A stretch of DNA of 64,000 nucleotides, from NCBI GenBank assembly GCA_040217195.1, contig JAVJNR010000005.1, forward strand, positions 32,001 to 96,000. The letters are read 5' to 3'. This stretch comes from Leptospiraceae bacterium. GTDB taxonomy: Bacteria; Spirochaetota; Leptospiria; Leptospirales; Leptonemataceae. Below the pieces are notes generated by a model. The model did no database searches, had not been told where the DNA came from, and saw nothing but the letters and a program-made list of their open reading frames with translations. Numbering within the stretch: the first letter of the stretch is position 1; every line of letters begins with the position of its first letter. The translations under genes and the position numbers were made by a program. Below are positions 1 through 10,442 of the stretch, one piece after another.

Positions 1-732
1 AATATCAATGTCCTGGGTTGTAAAATCCAGAATAATGTAAGCCTTTTCCTGGGTAATGGTAAGAGTACGAATCTTATTCTGAGTTGCCCGGCTGGCAATC
101 AAGGAGGCAACACAGCCACCCGGGAATTGCAAGGTGGCCGCGGCCACATCCTCATGATCGCTAAAGGCCGGCGTACCGGATGAGTGGACTTCCACCGGGT
201 CCTCATCCACCAGGTTTAGAATGATATCCAGGTCATGGATCATAAGATCCAGAACAACGCCAACATCTGATATTCTAGGGCTGAAGGGCGCAAGTCGTCG
301 GGATTCAATCAAGAATGGATTATCCACTACCTTTTTGAGCTCCAGTACAGCGCCATTGAAACGCTCCACGTGGCCTACTTGCATCATCAAATTCTTGGAG
401 GCAGCCAGACTTACCAGCTCTCGAGCCTGTTCTACGGTTTCCGTAATTGGTTTTTCCACCAGAACATGGCGGCCCTTCTCCAGAGCTTTCTTGGCTACTT
501 CATAGTGGAATGCTGTGGGAACGGCAACAACCACAGCGTCAGAATGGTCGATTAGATCGTCGTAAGTCTCAAAAGTGGGAACCTGAAATCGGCCTCCAAT
601 CTCTTCCCGGCGGGCGGGATCCGCATCGAAAATTCCAGCCAGCTCGTACTGGTTAATACCAGCAGCCACATTTACGTGGTACTGGCCCATGTGACCTACA
701 CCAATGATTCCTACACGGATCTTTCCGGACAT
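1..732 (-). CDS. Gfo/Idh/MocA family NAD(P)-dependent oxidoreductase (runs off the left edge of the window)
   Basis: Absent from the ORF track because no stop lies in the window. Manual translation from ATG 732 gives MSGKIRVGIIGVGHMGQYHVNVAAG (Rossmann GxGxxG); the frame also contains EKP, GHVERFN and DLMIHDLD, which are typical of the family. Confidence 0.9.
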   Translation of the reverse strand, partial: MSGKIRVGIIGVGHMGQYHVNVAAGINQYELAGIFDADPARREEIGGRFQVPTFETYDDLIDHSDAVVVAVPTAFHYEVAKKALEKGRHVLVEKPITETVEQARELVSLAASKNLMMQVGHVERFNGAVLELKKVVDNPFLIESRRLAPFSPRISDVGVVLDLMIHDLDIILNLVDEDPVEVHSSGTPAFSDHEDVAAATLQFPGGCVASLIASRATQNKIRTLTITQEKAYIILDFTTQDIDI

Positions 733-762
733 GACTCCAGGCTGGTCGCAGGCCAGGGGGGA

Positions 763-1905
763 TCAATGAAAACTTACTTTGATTTTGGAAAAAATGGAAT
801 CATTTTCGCCACTGGCTGCCAATTCCTTATCCAGCTCCTGAACAAGATCCCTGGCCTTCTTGCTTAACTTCTTGGGAGTTTTTACCTGAATCACTACGTG
901 CTGGTCCCCCTTTCCGTAGCCCCCCATATAAGGCATTCCTTTCCCTTTCAGTCGAAATATTTGCCCGCTTTCGGTGCCAGCAGGGATTTTCATTTTCACT
1001 TTCTTTCCATCGATGGTAGGAACTTCAATTTCTCCGCCCAGAATGGCAGTGCTCACAGGCAGGTTGGCCCGAATGACCAGATCATTTCCTTCCCTCTCAA
1101 ACAGGTCATGCTTTTGAAGATGGGTTACTACGTACAGATCTCCAGCCGGTCCGCCATTGGGCCCTGCCTCTCCTTCGCCAGAAACCTTCAGTCGGCTGCC
1201 AGTTTCAACTCCGGCAGGAATCTTGATATGAAGAGTTCGTCTCTTTTCAGTCACTCCGCTTCCGGTACAGGTTCCGCATGGATCCTTGATCATTTTTCCA
1301 CTGCCATTACATTGAGGACAACTAGTGGTAACACTAAAGAAACCCTGGGTGCGTCGAACCTGGCCACTACCCTGACAGAGAGAGCACATGGAGGGTCGAG
1401 TTCCTTCTCTTGCACCGGATCCACCGCATTTTTCGCAGCTTTCCAGTCGCGGAATCTCTACTTTGATTTCCTTTCCTGTGGATGCCTCTTCCAGAGTTAT
1501 CTCCACATTGTAGCGAAGGTCGTTTCCTCTTCGCAGACCGCCTCGTCCTCGAGCTCCGGCGCCCTGAAAGCCTGCACCGGCGCCAAAGAACTCGGAGAAA
1601 ATATCTCCTATATCGCCAAATATATCTGAGAAGTCTGTGTAAGCTTTGTATCCGAAGCCACCAGGTCCACCGGCTCCGGCACCCACTCCTGCTTTTCCAA
1701 AGCGGTCATAGGCTGCTCTTTTCTCTTCGTCGGAAAGCACCTCATAGGCTTCGGTGGCTTCCTTGAACTTCTCCTCGGCTTCTGCATTACCTCTGTTTTT
1801 ATCCGGATGGTACTGCACGGCCATCTTGCGGTAGGCTTTCTTGATTTCTTCCTGGGAGGCTCCTTTCTGGATTCCCAGCACTTCGTAATAATCTCTATCT
1901 GACAT
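763..1905 (-). CDS. dnaJ: Chaperone DnaJ
   Basis: J-domain with HPD, G/F-rich linker, four CxxCxGxG zinc-finger repeats; lies downstream of dnaK. Confidence 0.98.
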   Translation of the reverse strand: MSDRDYYEVLGIQKGASQEEIKKAYRKMAVQYHPDKNRGNAEAEEKFKEATEAYEVLSDEEKRAAYDRFGKAGVGAGAGGPGGFGYKAYTDFSDIFGDIGDIFSEFFGAGAGFQGAGARGRGGLRRGNDLRYNVEITLEEASTGKEIKVEIPRLESCEKCGGSGAREGTRPSMCSLCQGSGQVRRTQGFFSVTTSCPQCNGSGKMIKDPCGTCTGSGVTEKRRTLHIKIPAGVETGSRLKVSGEGEAGPNGGPAGDLYVVTHLQKHDLFEREGNDLVIRANLPVSTAILGGEIEVPTIDGKKVKMKIPAGTESGQIFRLKGKGMPYMGGYGKGDQHVVIQVKTPKKLSKKARDLVQELDKELAASGENDSIFSKIKVSFH

Positions 1906-2150
1906 AGCATTAACCTTTTAGTATTTCAGGAACTCTTCGTTCTATGGGTGGACGAACTCCACACCCGTCTATCGAACCTGGTCAGTTTCATTCTGCGAAC
2001 CTGGCTTTCGATAGGAATATTTCCAAATAATTGCATGATCTCGAAAGATCTTTTATAACCATCTCTGGCTTTCTATAAATGCTCCCATGCAGCGAGGAGT
2101 GTAAGTCAGCCAACCGCGGCGGGACTTGTACTTCTAGCCGCTGAGCAAGG

Positions 2151-2176
2151 AAGCCGCAGCCCGAAGACTGCGGCTT
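2151..2176 (-). terminator. Hairpin with C(UUCG)G loop directly after dnaK (terminator or mRNA stabiliser)
   Basis: Minus strand AAGCCGCAGTC-TTCG-GGCTGCGGCTT, 6 nt after the dnaK stop; U-tail is weak. Confidence 0.7.
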
Positions 2177-2182
2177 AACCAC

Positions 2183-4108
2183 TTATTTCTTTTCGTCGTC
2201 AACTACCGTATAGTCGGCATCAACCACTCGCTCATCGGAAGAGCCTTCTTCCGATCCCTGTTCTGCAGATCCAGCGGCACCTTCCTGTGCCTGGCCGGCC
2301 TGACTGGCTTCATAAAGTTTTTGACCCAGTTCCATGGAAACTTTCTGGATTTCATCCCGCGCTGCTTTGATTTTTTCAACATCGTCGGTTTCCAGTGCTT
2401 CTCTGGTACGCTTGATCACATCCTCTGCATGCTCTTTATCAGCAGGATCAACTTTGTCGCCAGCATCTGAGATTGCCTTTTCCAGACTGTAGGTCAGAGA
2501 ATCCGCCTCATTTTTTGCCTCGGCAGCTTCTCGAGCTTCCTTGTCTTTAGAGGCATTTTCTTCTGCCTCTTTCACCATATTGTTAATCTCGTCCTCGGAC
2601 AGACCACTGGTAGTTTCGACTCGGATTTTCTGCTCTTTGCCTGTACCCATATCCTTGGCGGAAACGTGCACAATACCGTTTGCATCAATATCGAATGTAA
2701 CTTCGATTTGAGGTACTCCTCTTGGAGCCGGCGGAATTCCCACCAGGTCAAAGCGAGCAAGAGTTCTATTGTCTCTGGCCATTTCGCGCTCACCCTGCTG
2801 GACATGTACGCTTACAGCTGTCTGGTTGTCTGCAGCCGTAGAGAATACCTGACTCTTTCGCGTAGGAATGGTTGTGTTTCGCTCAATCAATTTGGTAAAC
2901 ACACCACCCAGGGTTTCGATCCCCAGAGAAAGAGGAGTTACATCCAGAAGCAGTACATCCGATACTTCACCCGCCAGAACGCCACCCTGAATAGCAGCAC
3001 CCACGGCAACTACCTCATCCGGATTCACCGACTTGGATGGATCTCTTCCGAAGATCTGTTTTACCAGAGCCTGAACGGCAGGAATTCGAGTCGAACCACC
3101 TACGAGGATGACCTCATCGATTTCTGAAGAGCTCAGTCCGGCATCTTTTAATGCATTTTCGCAGGGCCCTTTGGTTCGATCCACCAGCTTCTGAGTGAGT
3201 TGATCAAATTTGCTTCGACTGAGCGTCAAGTTCAGGTGCTTGGGACCGCTTTGATCGGCAGTCACAAAGGGAATATTGATCTGGGCCTGGGTAGTTCCGG
3301 AAAGCTCAATCTTGGCTTTCTCCGCCGCCTCTTTCAATCTCTGCAATGCCATCTTGTCTTTTCCAAGATCGATGCCAGATTCCTTCTTGAACTCTTCTGT
3401 GAGCCAATCCATGATCGCCTCGTCGAAGTCATCCCCACCCAGGTGAGTATCACCGTTGGTAGATTTTACTTCGAATACGCCATCGCCAAGCTCAAGAATT
3501 GAGACGTCGAATGTACCACCACCAAGGTCGAACACAGCAACTTTCATATTCTGATCTTTTCGATCCAGGCCGTAGGCCAGAGCTGCTGCTGTAGGTTCGT
3601 TGATGATTCGCTCAACTTCCAGACCTGCGATTCGGCCTGCATCTCGAGTAGCCTGTCGCTGCTCATCGTTAAAGTAAGCAGGCACTGTAATCACAGCTTT
3701 GCTTACCGGATGACCGAGATAATCTTCTGCGGTCTGCTTCATCTTTTGCAGAGTAATGGCTGAAATCTCCTGTGGAGTATGCGAACCGAACTCTGTTTCG
3801 ATTTTGATTCCATCGCTTCCGGAGCGTACTGCTTCGTAGGATACGTATTTTTGTTCATCCTTGATTTCGGAGAATCTACGTCCCATGAATCGCTTCACGG
3901 AGCGAATGGTGTTCTTGGAGTTGGTAATGGCCTGGTTCTTGGCGATCTGCCCTACCAGACGAGTGTCTTTGTCCGTAAATGCTACAATGGATGGAGTGGT
4001 TCTTGCACCTTCTGCATTGGCGATTACCACCGGTTCTCCACCTTCCATCACGGCTACGCAGGAATTCGTTGTTCCCAGGTCAATACCTATGATTTTCTCT
4101 TTAGACAT
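2183..4108 (-). CDS. dnaK: Chaperone DnaK (Hsp70)
   Basis: [25 protein letters not shown] and LVGGSTRIP Hsp70 motifs. Confidence 0.99.
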   Translation of the reverse strand: MSKEKIIGIDLGTTNSCVAVMEGGEPVVIANAEGARTTPSIVAFTDKDTRLVGQIAKNQAITNSKNTIRSVKRFMGRRFSEIKDEQKYVSYEAVRSGSDGIKIETEFGSHTPQEISAITLQKMKQTAEDYLGHPVSKAVITVPAYFNDEQRQATRDAGRIAGLEVERIINEPTAAALAYGLDRKDQNMKVAVFDLGGGTFDVSILELGDGVFEVKSTNGDTHLGGDDFDEAIMDWLTEEFKKESGIDLGKDKMALQRLKEAAEKAKIELSGTTQAQINIPFVTADQSGPKHLNLTLSRSKFDQLTQKLVDRTKGPCENALKDAGLSSSEIDEVILVGGSTRIPAVQALVKQIFGRDPSKSVNPDEVVAVGAAIQGGVLAGEVSDVLLLDVTPLSLGIETLGGVFTKLIERNTTIPTRKSQVFSTAADNQTAVSVHVQQGEREMARDNRTLARFDLVGIPPAPRGVPQIEVTFDIDANGIVHVSAKDMGTGKEQKIRVETTSGLSEDEINNMVKEAEENASKDKEAREAAEAKNEADSLTYSLEKAISDAGDKVDPADKEHAEDVIKRTREALETDDVEKIKAARDEIQKVSMELGQKLYEASQAGQAQEGAAGSAEQGSEEGSSDERVVDADYTVVDDEKK

Positions 4109-4149
4109 CTTTCACCTTCCTTTTATTCCCTTGGAATATTTCTGGGAGC

Positions 4150-4848
4150 TTATGCTCCTGTATGCTCTCCTGAGGCCTGGTTGGGGCTCTCGGAGTGGTT
4201 TGCATCCGAGTTTGAATTTTGAACCTCGGCGGCTGCATTACCGGCCCTGGAGGCAGCTTTTGCCACCTGCACGCGTGCCGGCCGAATTACTTGTGGATTG
4301 CCTTCATCGTTATCACGAATCCAACCTTTCTCATATACCTGCTTAACAGTATCCTGTGTGGCGGAAGGATCCTCCGCCAGGTCCAGGGCTTCCATGTATC
4401 CTGGATCAAATGCATCTCCCGGTTCCACCACAGGTTTGATGTTTTCCCTGGACAGAACGGAGATAAATTCATTTCGAATCATTTCCACTCCAGTCACAAA
4501 GTTCTGAACCTCGGGATTATCGCTCTTGCTGCGAAGTACCAGTTCCAGGTTATCAAGAACGGGGATCAGACCTTTAACAAAGTTTACCACAGCGAATACT
4601 CTGGATTTGGCCATTTCATCCTGGGTTCTCTTTCTATAGTTTACGAACTCAGCTCTTTCGCGAGTCCATTGATCCTTCAATTCCTGAATTTCCTTTTTTG
4701 CCTGATCCAGAGGGTCCGTGGAGCCTTCTGAAATGTTGGACTGTTCTGCACTTTCGTCTACCTGACCTTCCACAGGCTCAGCCTGCGCATCCGGGCTTCC
4801 GAATTGACCACCGTCATGGTGTTCTTGCTTTTTCTCTTCTGTATTCAT
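4150..4848 (-). CDS. grpE: Nucleotide exchange factor GrpE
   Basis: RAEFVNYRKR, LIPVLDNLE, FDP and VIRPARVQV motifs; sits between hrcA and dnaK. Confidence 0.96.
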   Translation of the reverse strand: MNTEEKKQEHHDGGQFGSPDAQAEPVEGQVDESAEQSNISEGSTDPLDQAKKEIQELKDQWTRERAEFVNYRKRTQDEMAKSRVFAVVNFVKGLIPVLDNLELVLRSKSDNPEVQNFVTGVEMIRNEFISVLSRENIKPVVEPGDAFDPGYMEALDLAEDPSATQDTVKQVYEKGWIRDNDEGNPQVIRPARVQVAKAASRAGNAAAEVQNSNSDANHSESPNQASGEHTGA

Positions 4849-4889
4849 TGCATCCTCTAATTCTACATTCGCATAAAACGGATTCGGAT

Positions 4890-5978
4890 TTAATTGCTCA
4901 TTCGAGTCATTAATCCGGAAATTAATATCCTCAGATACTCTATGGTGCGAATAGCATCTACATAGTTCATACGATTGGGGCCCACAATACCCATGGCACC
5001 GATGGTTTTCTCTCCCATCTTATAACTGCCGGCCAAAACAGAAAGTCCAGCCAGGCGTGGCTCCTGGTCTCCTTCAATACGAACCATTACATCGTCCAGT
5101 TCCACGGTTTGCTTGAATATGCCGTGAAACATATCCTTCGCTTCATAGAGTTTTCCCAGATCTCGTATCTTCTCTAAATCCACAGAGCCGTACTGATCTA
5201 TAAGTCTATCCAGACCCGAAATAAAGAATTCTTCATTTCCTTTCACGGATTCAAAATGAGCATTCAGTATTCGGGACAACATACCATAATAACCGGTGAG
5301 TTCCCTTTCGCCTGGAATCTCCAGACCAAGTAAATGCCGATGCACTTCATCCAGGTCATGACCTTTGAATCTTTCATTTAGAAAGCGCGAAATCTGCTGT
5401 AGGTAATCCCTGGGAATTCTCTCTTCCACAAACAAAGTCTTGGTATAGACTGTACCGGACCGGGTAGCTATAACCACCAGAACCTCATCCTGTCCCATAT
5501 CGATTAGCTCAATATGCTTGAGCACAGCTCGCTCCGGGGCCGGACCAATAATTACACCGGCAAAGTTAGTAAGTGCAGATAGGATATTTGAAGTAACCTC
5601 CAGCATTTCTCGAATCGAGAACTCTCTGCGAAGGTATTCCTTCTGGATGTATCGTTGCTTTTCTTCAGCGAAATTGGCCGGTGGCAGACGTCCAGGCAAG
5701 GAGGCCACATAGAATCGATAGGCCTTTTCCGTGGGTACCCGGCCGGAGCTTCGGTGGGGGCCATAGAGATAGCCAAACTTCTCAAGATCGGAAAGAATAT
5801 GTCGGATAGATGCAGAACTAAGACCTACATCAAATCGGTCTACCAGCCCCAGACTACTCACCGGTTGTCCGGTTTCAATGTATGTATCCACCACCAGGCG
5901 CAGAATATCCGCCTGCCGCGGACTTAGATCCTCAGCTTCAATGCCGTAGGCTTCCGATTTTTCCTGCTTCTTTGCCAT
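4890..5978 (-). CDS. hrcA: Heat-inducible transcription repressor HrcA
   Basis: RQADIL..YIETGQPVSS, SSASIR, HRSSGRVPTEKAYRFYV and GIVGPNRMNY motifs. Start placed at ATG 5978; the track GTG at 5993 falls inside the CIRCE element. Confidence 0.96.
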   Translation of the reverse strand: MAKKQEKSEAYGIEAEDLSPRQADILRLVVDTYIETGQPVSSLGLVDRFDVGLSSASIRHILSDLEKFGYLYGPHRSSGRVPTEKAYRFYVASLPGRLPPANFAEEKQRYIQKEYLRREFSIREMLEVTSNILSALTNFAGVIIGPAPERAVLKHIELIDMGQDEVLVVIATRSGTVYTKTLFVEERIPRDYLQQISRFLNERFKGHDLDEVHRHLLGLEIPGERELTGYYGMLSRILNAHFESVKGNEEFFISGLDRLIDQYGSVDLEKIRDLGKLYEAKDMFHGIFKQTVELDDVMVRIEGDQEPRLAGLSVLAGSYKMGEKTIGAMGIVGPNRMNYVDAIRTIEYLRILISGLMTRMSN

Positions 5979-5982
5979 ATCT

Positions 5983-6009
5983 TTAGCAATCACCCCCCTC
6001 GACTGCTAA
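5983..6009 (-). promoter_or_regulatory. CIRCE operator (HrcA binding site)
   Basis: Minus strand TTAGCAGTC-GAGGGGGGT-GATTGCTAA against consensus TTAGCACTC-N9-GAGTGCTAA: 8/9 in each arm, exact 9-nt spacer. Confidence 0.93.
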
Positions 6010-6018
6010 CCACCATCA

Positions 6019-6047
6019 AAGATGGGGCAAAAAAGGGCCATTGTCAA
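6019..6047 (-). promoter_or_regulatory. Putative sigma70 promoter of the hrcA operon
   Basis: Perfect -35 TTGACA (6047-6042), 17-nt spacer, weak -10 CATCTT, immediately upstream of CIRCE. Confidence 0.6.
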
Positions 6048-6116
6048 TCAAAAATTAGCAATTGAGGTCCCCATTTGCTTGTAATGCGACCTCAAGGTCC
6101 CGGGAGCAGACAGGGG

Positions 6117-7226
6117 CTACCAGGTAGAGGAGGCAGCCAGCAGATCGGCCAGCTTAAGCTGATCGGTGGCCGGTAACCCGTCGGTATAGATTATTACAGA
6201 CTTCATTTCCAGCACTGTGTCCAGGGCCCCCAGGACCCCGCCCTCAAGCGGATTTCTGTCATAAAGAGTGATAGCCGTGCTTTCTCCCAGAGAGGCATCC
6301 ACATAGGCCACCTCCGAAAGGAGCATCTGCCTGTGGTCGAAGCGGCCAAAATAGGGAGAATCAACATACGCCTGGATGGCAGGACCATCCGGAGTAAACT
6401 TAACTACGGAAGTAGCCTGGAAGGACCTGGAAATTCCGTATACCAATCCCAGCAGAACAATAAACGAAATGCCCAGAATCAAAACCCATTTATGGCTGTA
6501 CCCCTGTGCTTTCCAGGCTAGTACTGTAAAGTAGGTTGCGATAAACGGAAGAAACAAAACAGGCCAGAAAGCCGGATGAGCTCTGGTATGCCAACGAAGG
6601 ATGCAGCTTCCGTCTGAATGAAACTCGCTTTTTATACTATGAAAAGCATTATTGCATTTTGACTCAGAAGGCAGCCCGGCAGAGCCAGGGCGCAAGCTTT
6701 TAGCCAGGTCCAACTGATATTCCATGGAACCGGCCACCGGTCGATCAAGATGCGATTTCGCAAGCTCAAGCAACTGCTTCATCTCATCGGCTGAGCCGGT
6801 TTCGTAGAGATGAATACTTGCTCCGGTCTTTCGAATCAGTTCCAGGGAATAAGTGTATTTTGTTCGCCCATCGTCATCGCTTTCTGTACTTGTTTGTATT
6901 GCATAAGCTTTGAAGTCCTGAAAGGGTGCGCTGTAGGATTGACCGGTATTATCCTGGATTCTCACCTCTTGCAAATCTGGACGGATTTCTATTTGCAGCG
7001 CTTCGTAAAGCGAATAAGCCACAAAGGGAATAGCAAAAAATGGTACGCTAAACAGTACAAATCCAAGATAAAATGCCCTTTCCGACCAATCGCTGGATTT
7101 GAAAATCACATGATATATGGCTGCTGCAGAGATGAAAGTGGGAAGAGAGAGAATCAATGTCCAGGCCCACCAGGCCAGAGGTTCCTGATGAAATAGTAGA
7201 TATTCGTTTTGTACCTGATAGGCCAT
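6117..7226 (-). CDS. Hypothetical membrane protein (two TM-hairpin plus soluble-domain modules)
   Basis: 369-aa ORF with two pairs of hydrophobic helices, each followed by a beta-rich segment. Confidence 0.7.
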   Translation of the reverse strand: MAYQVQNEYLLFHQEPLAWWAWTLILSLPTFISAAAIYHVIFKSSDWSERAFYLGFVLFSVPFFAIPFVAYSLYEALQIEIRPDLQEVRIQDNTGQSYSAPFQDFKAYAIQTSTESDDDGRTKYTYSLELIRKTGASIHLYETGSADEMKQLLELAKSHLDRPVAGSMEYQLDLAKSLRPGSAGLPSESKCNNAFHSIKSEFHSDGSCILRWHTRAHPAFWPVLFLPFIATYFTVLAWKAQGYSHKWVLILGISFIVLLGLVYGISRSFQATSVVKFTPDGPAIQAYVDSPYFGRFDHRQMLLSEVAYVDASLGESTAITLYDRNPLEGGVLGALDTVLEMKSVIIYTDGLPATDQLKLADLLAASSTW

Positions 7227-7297
7227 GAGAAATCGAAACTTAAGCTGTCAGCCTGGCAAGTAGAAGCTACCGCAATCAGGATTTCCAGAAATTCAAT

Positions 7298-8056
7298 TCA
7301 ATCGTCCAGGTCTTCGATGGAAGTAATTCGAAGATATTCCCTGGCAGCAACGCTGGCTTCCCTTTCCTTGCCCATCTGTTTTAGTATAACAATTCTATTG
7401 TACAGAGCGTCCGTTCTTGTGAAATCGCTTCTAAAAGAACGACGAAAGGAATCCAGGGCCAGGTCAGAACGACCAGAATACCAGAAGGCCACACCCAGAT
7501 GAAAATGTCTTAGACCGGTCTGGGGAGATCGCACTTCAATTCTTTCCTGAACAGCTACGGACTCCTTCAGAAGCTGAATAGCCCAGGTAAGATCCTCTCT
7601 GTAACTGCCTTTTTTACCGAACTCATGATTGGACTGCCTGGGCCTACCGGGATCCTGATAGATCAGGCTCAGTGCCAGGCGAAACCTGATATCATCGTTA
7701 TAGGGCTGGAGTTCGTAGGCTCTTGCAAAGTAATCTCTGGCCTCGCCGTACCTTTTTTCCTGAAACGCTTCCAGACCTTGCTGTCGGATTTCATCAAACC
7801 TGGGGCTGGCCTGAAGGGTGGAATCCAGACACATTGAAAGGAAGATAATCGTTAGAATAATTGCATGAGTCAGCCGAGCTGATGCACAGAAATCCCAGAA
7901 GTTAGTATTATCTGGATGATTCCATCGGTTTCGATACTCTTTGCCGGCAATTGCCTGACGGGAGTCTAAAGATACCCCGGTATTAATCTGTCCGATCTTC
8001 AGGGCAAGTCCAGGTCTACAGAGATGCCTCGGGATCCAGAAGCAAAAGCAACGCAT
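7298..8056 (-). CDS. Tetratricopeptide-repeat protein, probably exported; start uncertain
   Basis: TPR-like helices (GLEAFQEKRYGEARDYFARAYELQP; HFHLGVAFWYSGRSDLALDSF; DALYNRIVIL) and a signal-like stretch around aa 63-83. The N-terminus overlaps the upstream gene and is probably over-extended. Confidence 0.7.
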   Translation of the reverse strand: MRCFCFWIPRHLCRPGLALKIGQINTGVSLDSRQAIAGKEYRNRWNHPDNTNFWDFCASARLTHAIILTIIFLSMCLDSTLQASPRFDEIRQQGLEAFQEKRYGEARDYFARAYELQPYNDDIRFRLALSLIYQDPGRPRQSNHEFGKKGSYREDLTWAIQLLKESVAVQERIEVRSPQTGLRHFHLGVAFWYSGRSDLALDSFRRSFRSDFTRTDALYNRIVILKQMGKEREASVAAREYLRITSIEDLDD

Positions 8057-9182
8057 TGTTTTGTTTATCGGCCCTGTACTCCAGAGGATAACGCTTCAAA
8101 CGCAGTCTGAACCCGAATTCTCCAGCCAGATTGTGCAATTGATCTTCGATATTGGGCGCTGTTTTGCACAAGAATAGAAATACCTGAGCCACTCCGGTTC
8201 GGATTCCGAGAATCCCGGGTTCGGAGGCTATTAAATCCTGCAACCGATCAAAGAAAGTCTGCCGACCGGGATGCTCTCGAACTCCATCCACTTCCAGAAT
8301 CCAGCGCTGATCAGGGTGCGATCTGCGCAGAAACTTTCTAGTTGTTCGAAATGCTTTCTGTAGAATTCGACGATCCTCCGCAAAGGAATAGGTATGCACC
8401 ATATCGAATATTAAGGGACGAACCAGTTTAAGGAAGTGACTGAGCCTGTGATTATCCTCTTCCGAAAACTCTCGCCTTGTGTCGGATTTATAAAGGAAAA
8501 CGACAATCACTGGATATGGATTGTGCCCGTCGTGAAAAATAGCAGCTCTGCGATATCTGGAAAGTACATCCGTAGAAAACCGTTTCTTCAGGTACGGGTC
8601 CCGATCCGTAAAATCTTTCAGATCAAATTGGACCCAATCCGAGGGCTCCACGTACCGGTCTCGAACCGCAAAATGCAGATTGGATACAGTCTGTTCATCC
8701 AGACCTGCATGTATGGCCGGGCGAAAACTATTGCCCATGGAATCCACCGGTTCAATGGCCACAGCTTCTGCCTGAAATTGCTGCAGCAGGGATTTTAATA
8801 GAAAGTCAAAATGGTGGCTTTCCAGTACCGGACGGGAATGCAAGGAGACCGTGTAGCGAAACAGTGGATTCTCTGGCAAATCTCCAGCCAGGGAATTAAT
8901 CGATGGAATGGGATCTTTAGAATCATGCCGCAGAACCTGATCTCGGGCGGACTGAAATTCTTGATCAAAGATGCGTCCTCGAATGGCCGGAAGAACCGGA
9001 CTTTCCGGGTTCGCTGCTGCCCGGGATTCTGGTTCAGGATTATGGGTCGGGCTGCTTTTTACAGTTGGTCTATGCTCCCTTTCCTTCCTATCTTTGATTA
9101 ACGGGGAAGGATTCGACCGGGAGCGCTCCTGTCGGGCCTGGAGCTCTTTCCAGAGGGAAGCGTCGAATTGGGAATGACTCAT
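8016..9182 (-). CDS. Hypothetical protein, possibly with a GAF-like central domain
   Basis: Long ORF with a disordered N-terminus followed by a globular region. Confidence 0.65.
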   Translation of the reverse strand: MSHSQFDASLWKELQARQERSRSNPSPLIKDRKEREHRPTVKSSPTHNPEPESRAAANPESPVLPAIRGRIFDQEFQSARDQVLRHDSKDPIPSINSLAGDLPENPLFRYTVSLHSRPVLESHHFDFLLKSLLQQFQAEAVAIEPVDSMGNSFRPAIHAGLDEQTVSNLHFAVRDRYVEPSDWVQFDLKDFTDRDPYLKKRFSTDVLSRYRRAAIFHDGHNPYPVIVVFLYKSDTRREFSEEDNHRLSHFLKLVRPLIFDMVHTYSFAEDRRILQKAFRTTRKFLRRSHPDQRWILEVDGVREHPGRQTFFDRLQDLIASEPGILGIRTGVAQVFLFLCKTAPNIEDQLHNLAGEFGFRLRLKRYPLEYRADKQNNALLLLLDPEASL

Positions 9183-9349
9183 GGATTGCACTCAACGGAA
9201 AAAGCCGATTAATATAAAAGCAAGGGGATTTCCATTTTTTGCAAACATTGCAGAAAAAAACAGGACATAATGTAACAGGGCTTAAATGGTAATGGAATCG
9301 CGGCATAAGAACCTTGCCATGAAGTCTGAATAAGGAAAAAGGAGCCAAT

Positions 9350-10297
9350 TTGTCATTTTACTATCTATTCATTGATGGGATTGGTCTGGGAGAACCCGGC
9401 CCCGAAAATCCTTTCCATACGCATTCCCGCACTCTGTTTCAGCATCTTGCGGGTAAAGAACCTGACGATGAGATTTCCCGGCAGTTCATATGCATTCCTG
9501 CAGATGCCCATATGGGCTTTTCTGGATTACCTCAGTCTGCCACCGGCCAGACCAGCCTGTGGACCGGAATGAACGGTCCAGCTTCCATGGGAAGGCATAT
9601 GACAGGCTTCCCGGGCCCCACCCTCATCCGAGTCATTGAAGAATACTCCATGATCAAGCTGCTTACAGATTCCGGTCGAAAAGCAGCACTGCTAAACGGT
9701 TATTCCCAGGCGTATCTGGATCGCATAGAAAAGAAACCTCGTCTTAGAAGTGCTTCCACCCATGTACATCGAGTGTCCGGGCAGGAGTTGTTCTTGCTCG
9801 ATGATGTAGCGGAAGGTCGGGCTCTTTATATGGATATAAACCATCAATTCTTACATCGTTTTTATCCGGACTATGCCCATCGACTGCCCCTGGCAGATCC
9901 GCGGGAAAGGGGTCGCCAGTATGTAAAGATTGGAAGAGATTACGATCTAGTTTTATTTGAATACTTTCTTACGGATAAGGCGGGTCATAACCAGTCCATG
10001 GAAGAGGCAGCCATGACAATTCAGCTTCTGGAACCCTTTATTGAAGGTATTCTTGAGCAGATGGACCCGGCCACCGATACCCTGGTTATCAGCTCCGATC
10101 ATGGTAACCTGGAGGATCTGAGCACTAAATCCCATACAAACAACAAAGTACCTGTCTTCCTGGCCGGCGCCCATGCGCAGGCCATGTCTTCAGAAATTGA
10201 AACTCTATATGATATTCCCCGGGCCATCTACAGGGCCATGGACTTTTCTGCCAACCTACCCCATCCGGAAGCCATGGCTTCTGCTGCACCCGGCTAG
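9350..10297 (+). CDS. Alkaline-phosphatase-superfamily metalloenzyme (phosphopentomutase/iPGM-like)
   Basis: FIDGIGLG, PQSATGQT, TDKAGH, SSDHGN and HT metal-binding motifs; AGGAG precedes the TTG start. Confidence 0.85.
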   Translation: MSFYYLFIDGIGLGEPGPENPFHTHSRTLFQHLAGKEPDDEISRQFICIPADAHMGFSGLPQSATGQTSLWTGMNGPASMGRHMTGFPGPTLIRVIEEYSMIKLLTDSGRKAALLNGYSQAYLDRIEKKPRLRSASTHVHRVSGQELFLLDDVAEGRALYMDINHQFLHRFYPDYAHRLPLADPRERGRQYVKIGRDYDLVLFEYFLTDKAGHNQSMEEAAMTIQLLEPFIEGILEQMDPATDTLVISSDHGNLEDLSTKSHTNNKVPVFLAGAHAQAMSSEIETLYDIPRAIYRAMDFSANLPHPEAMASAAPG

Positions 10298-10442
10298 GAA
10301 CACCATCCGGCCGTAGCGTTGCGTCTGTAACAGGTGATAGACACGGCAGGTTTTTCAGAAGTCGGGTATTGACGCTAAAGCAGATTTATTTAAAGAATTG
10401 AAGAATTACTTTATTTTTTTAAGGGCTCAGAATCAATAGTCT

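Noticed and set aside
221..1766. + strand ORFs over the oxidoreductase and dnaJ (and similar shadows over dnaK and the atp genes)
   Set aside because: They lie antisense to conserved genes and show no recognisable motifs.
1962..2000. ACCC..GAACCTGGTCAG..CTGCG resembling the 3' half of a TPP riboswitch
   Set aside because: No upstream CTGAGA, no closing GGGA, and it is antisense to the dnaK-dnaJ operon.
2110..2148. tRNA-like words on the minus strand (GCTCAGCGGCTAGA, GTACAAGTCCC)
   Set aside because: No anticodon arm, no acceptor stem and no TTC T-loop; too short for a cloverleaf.
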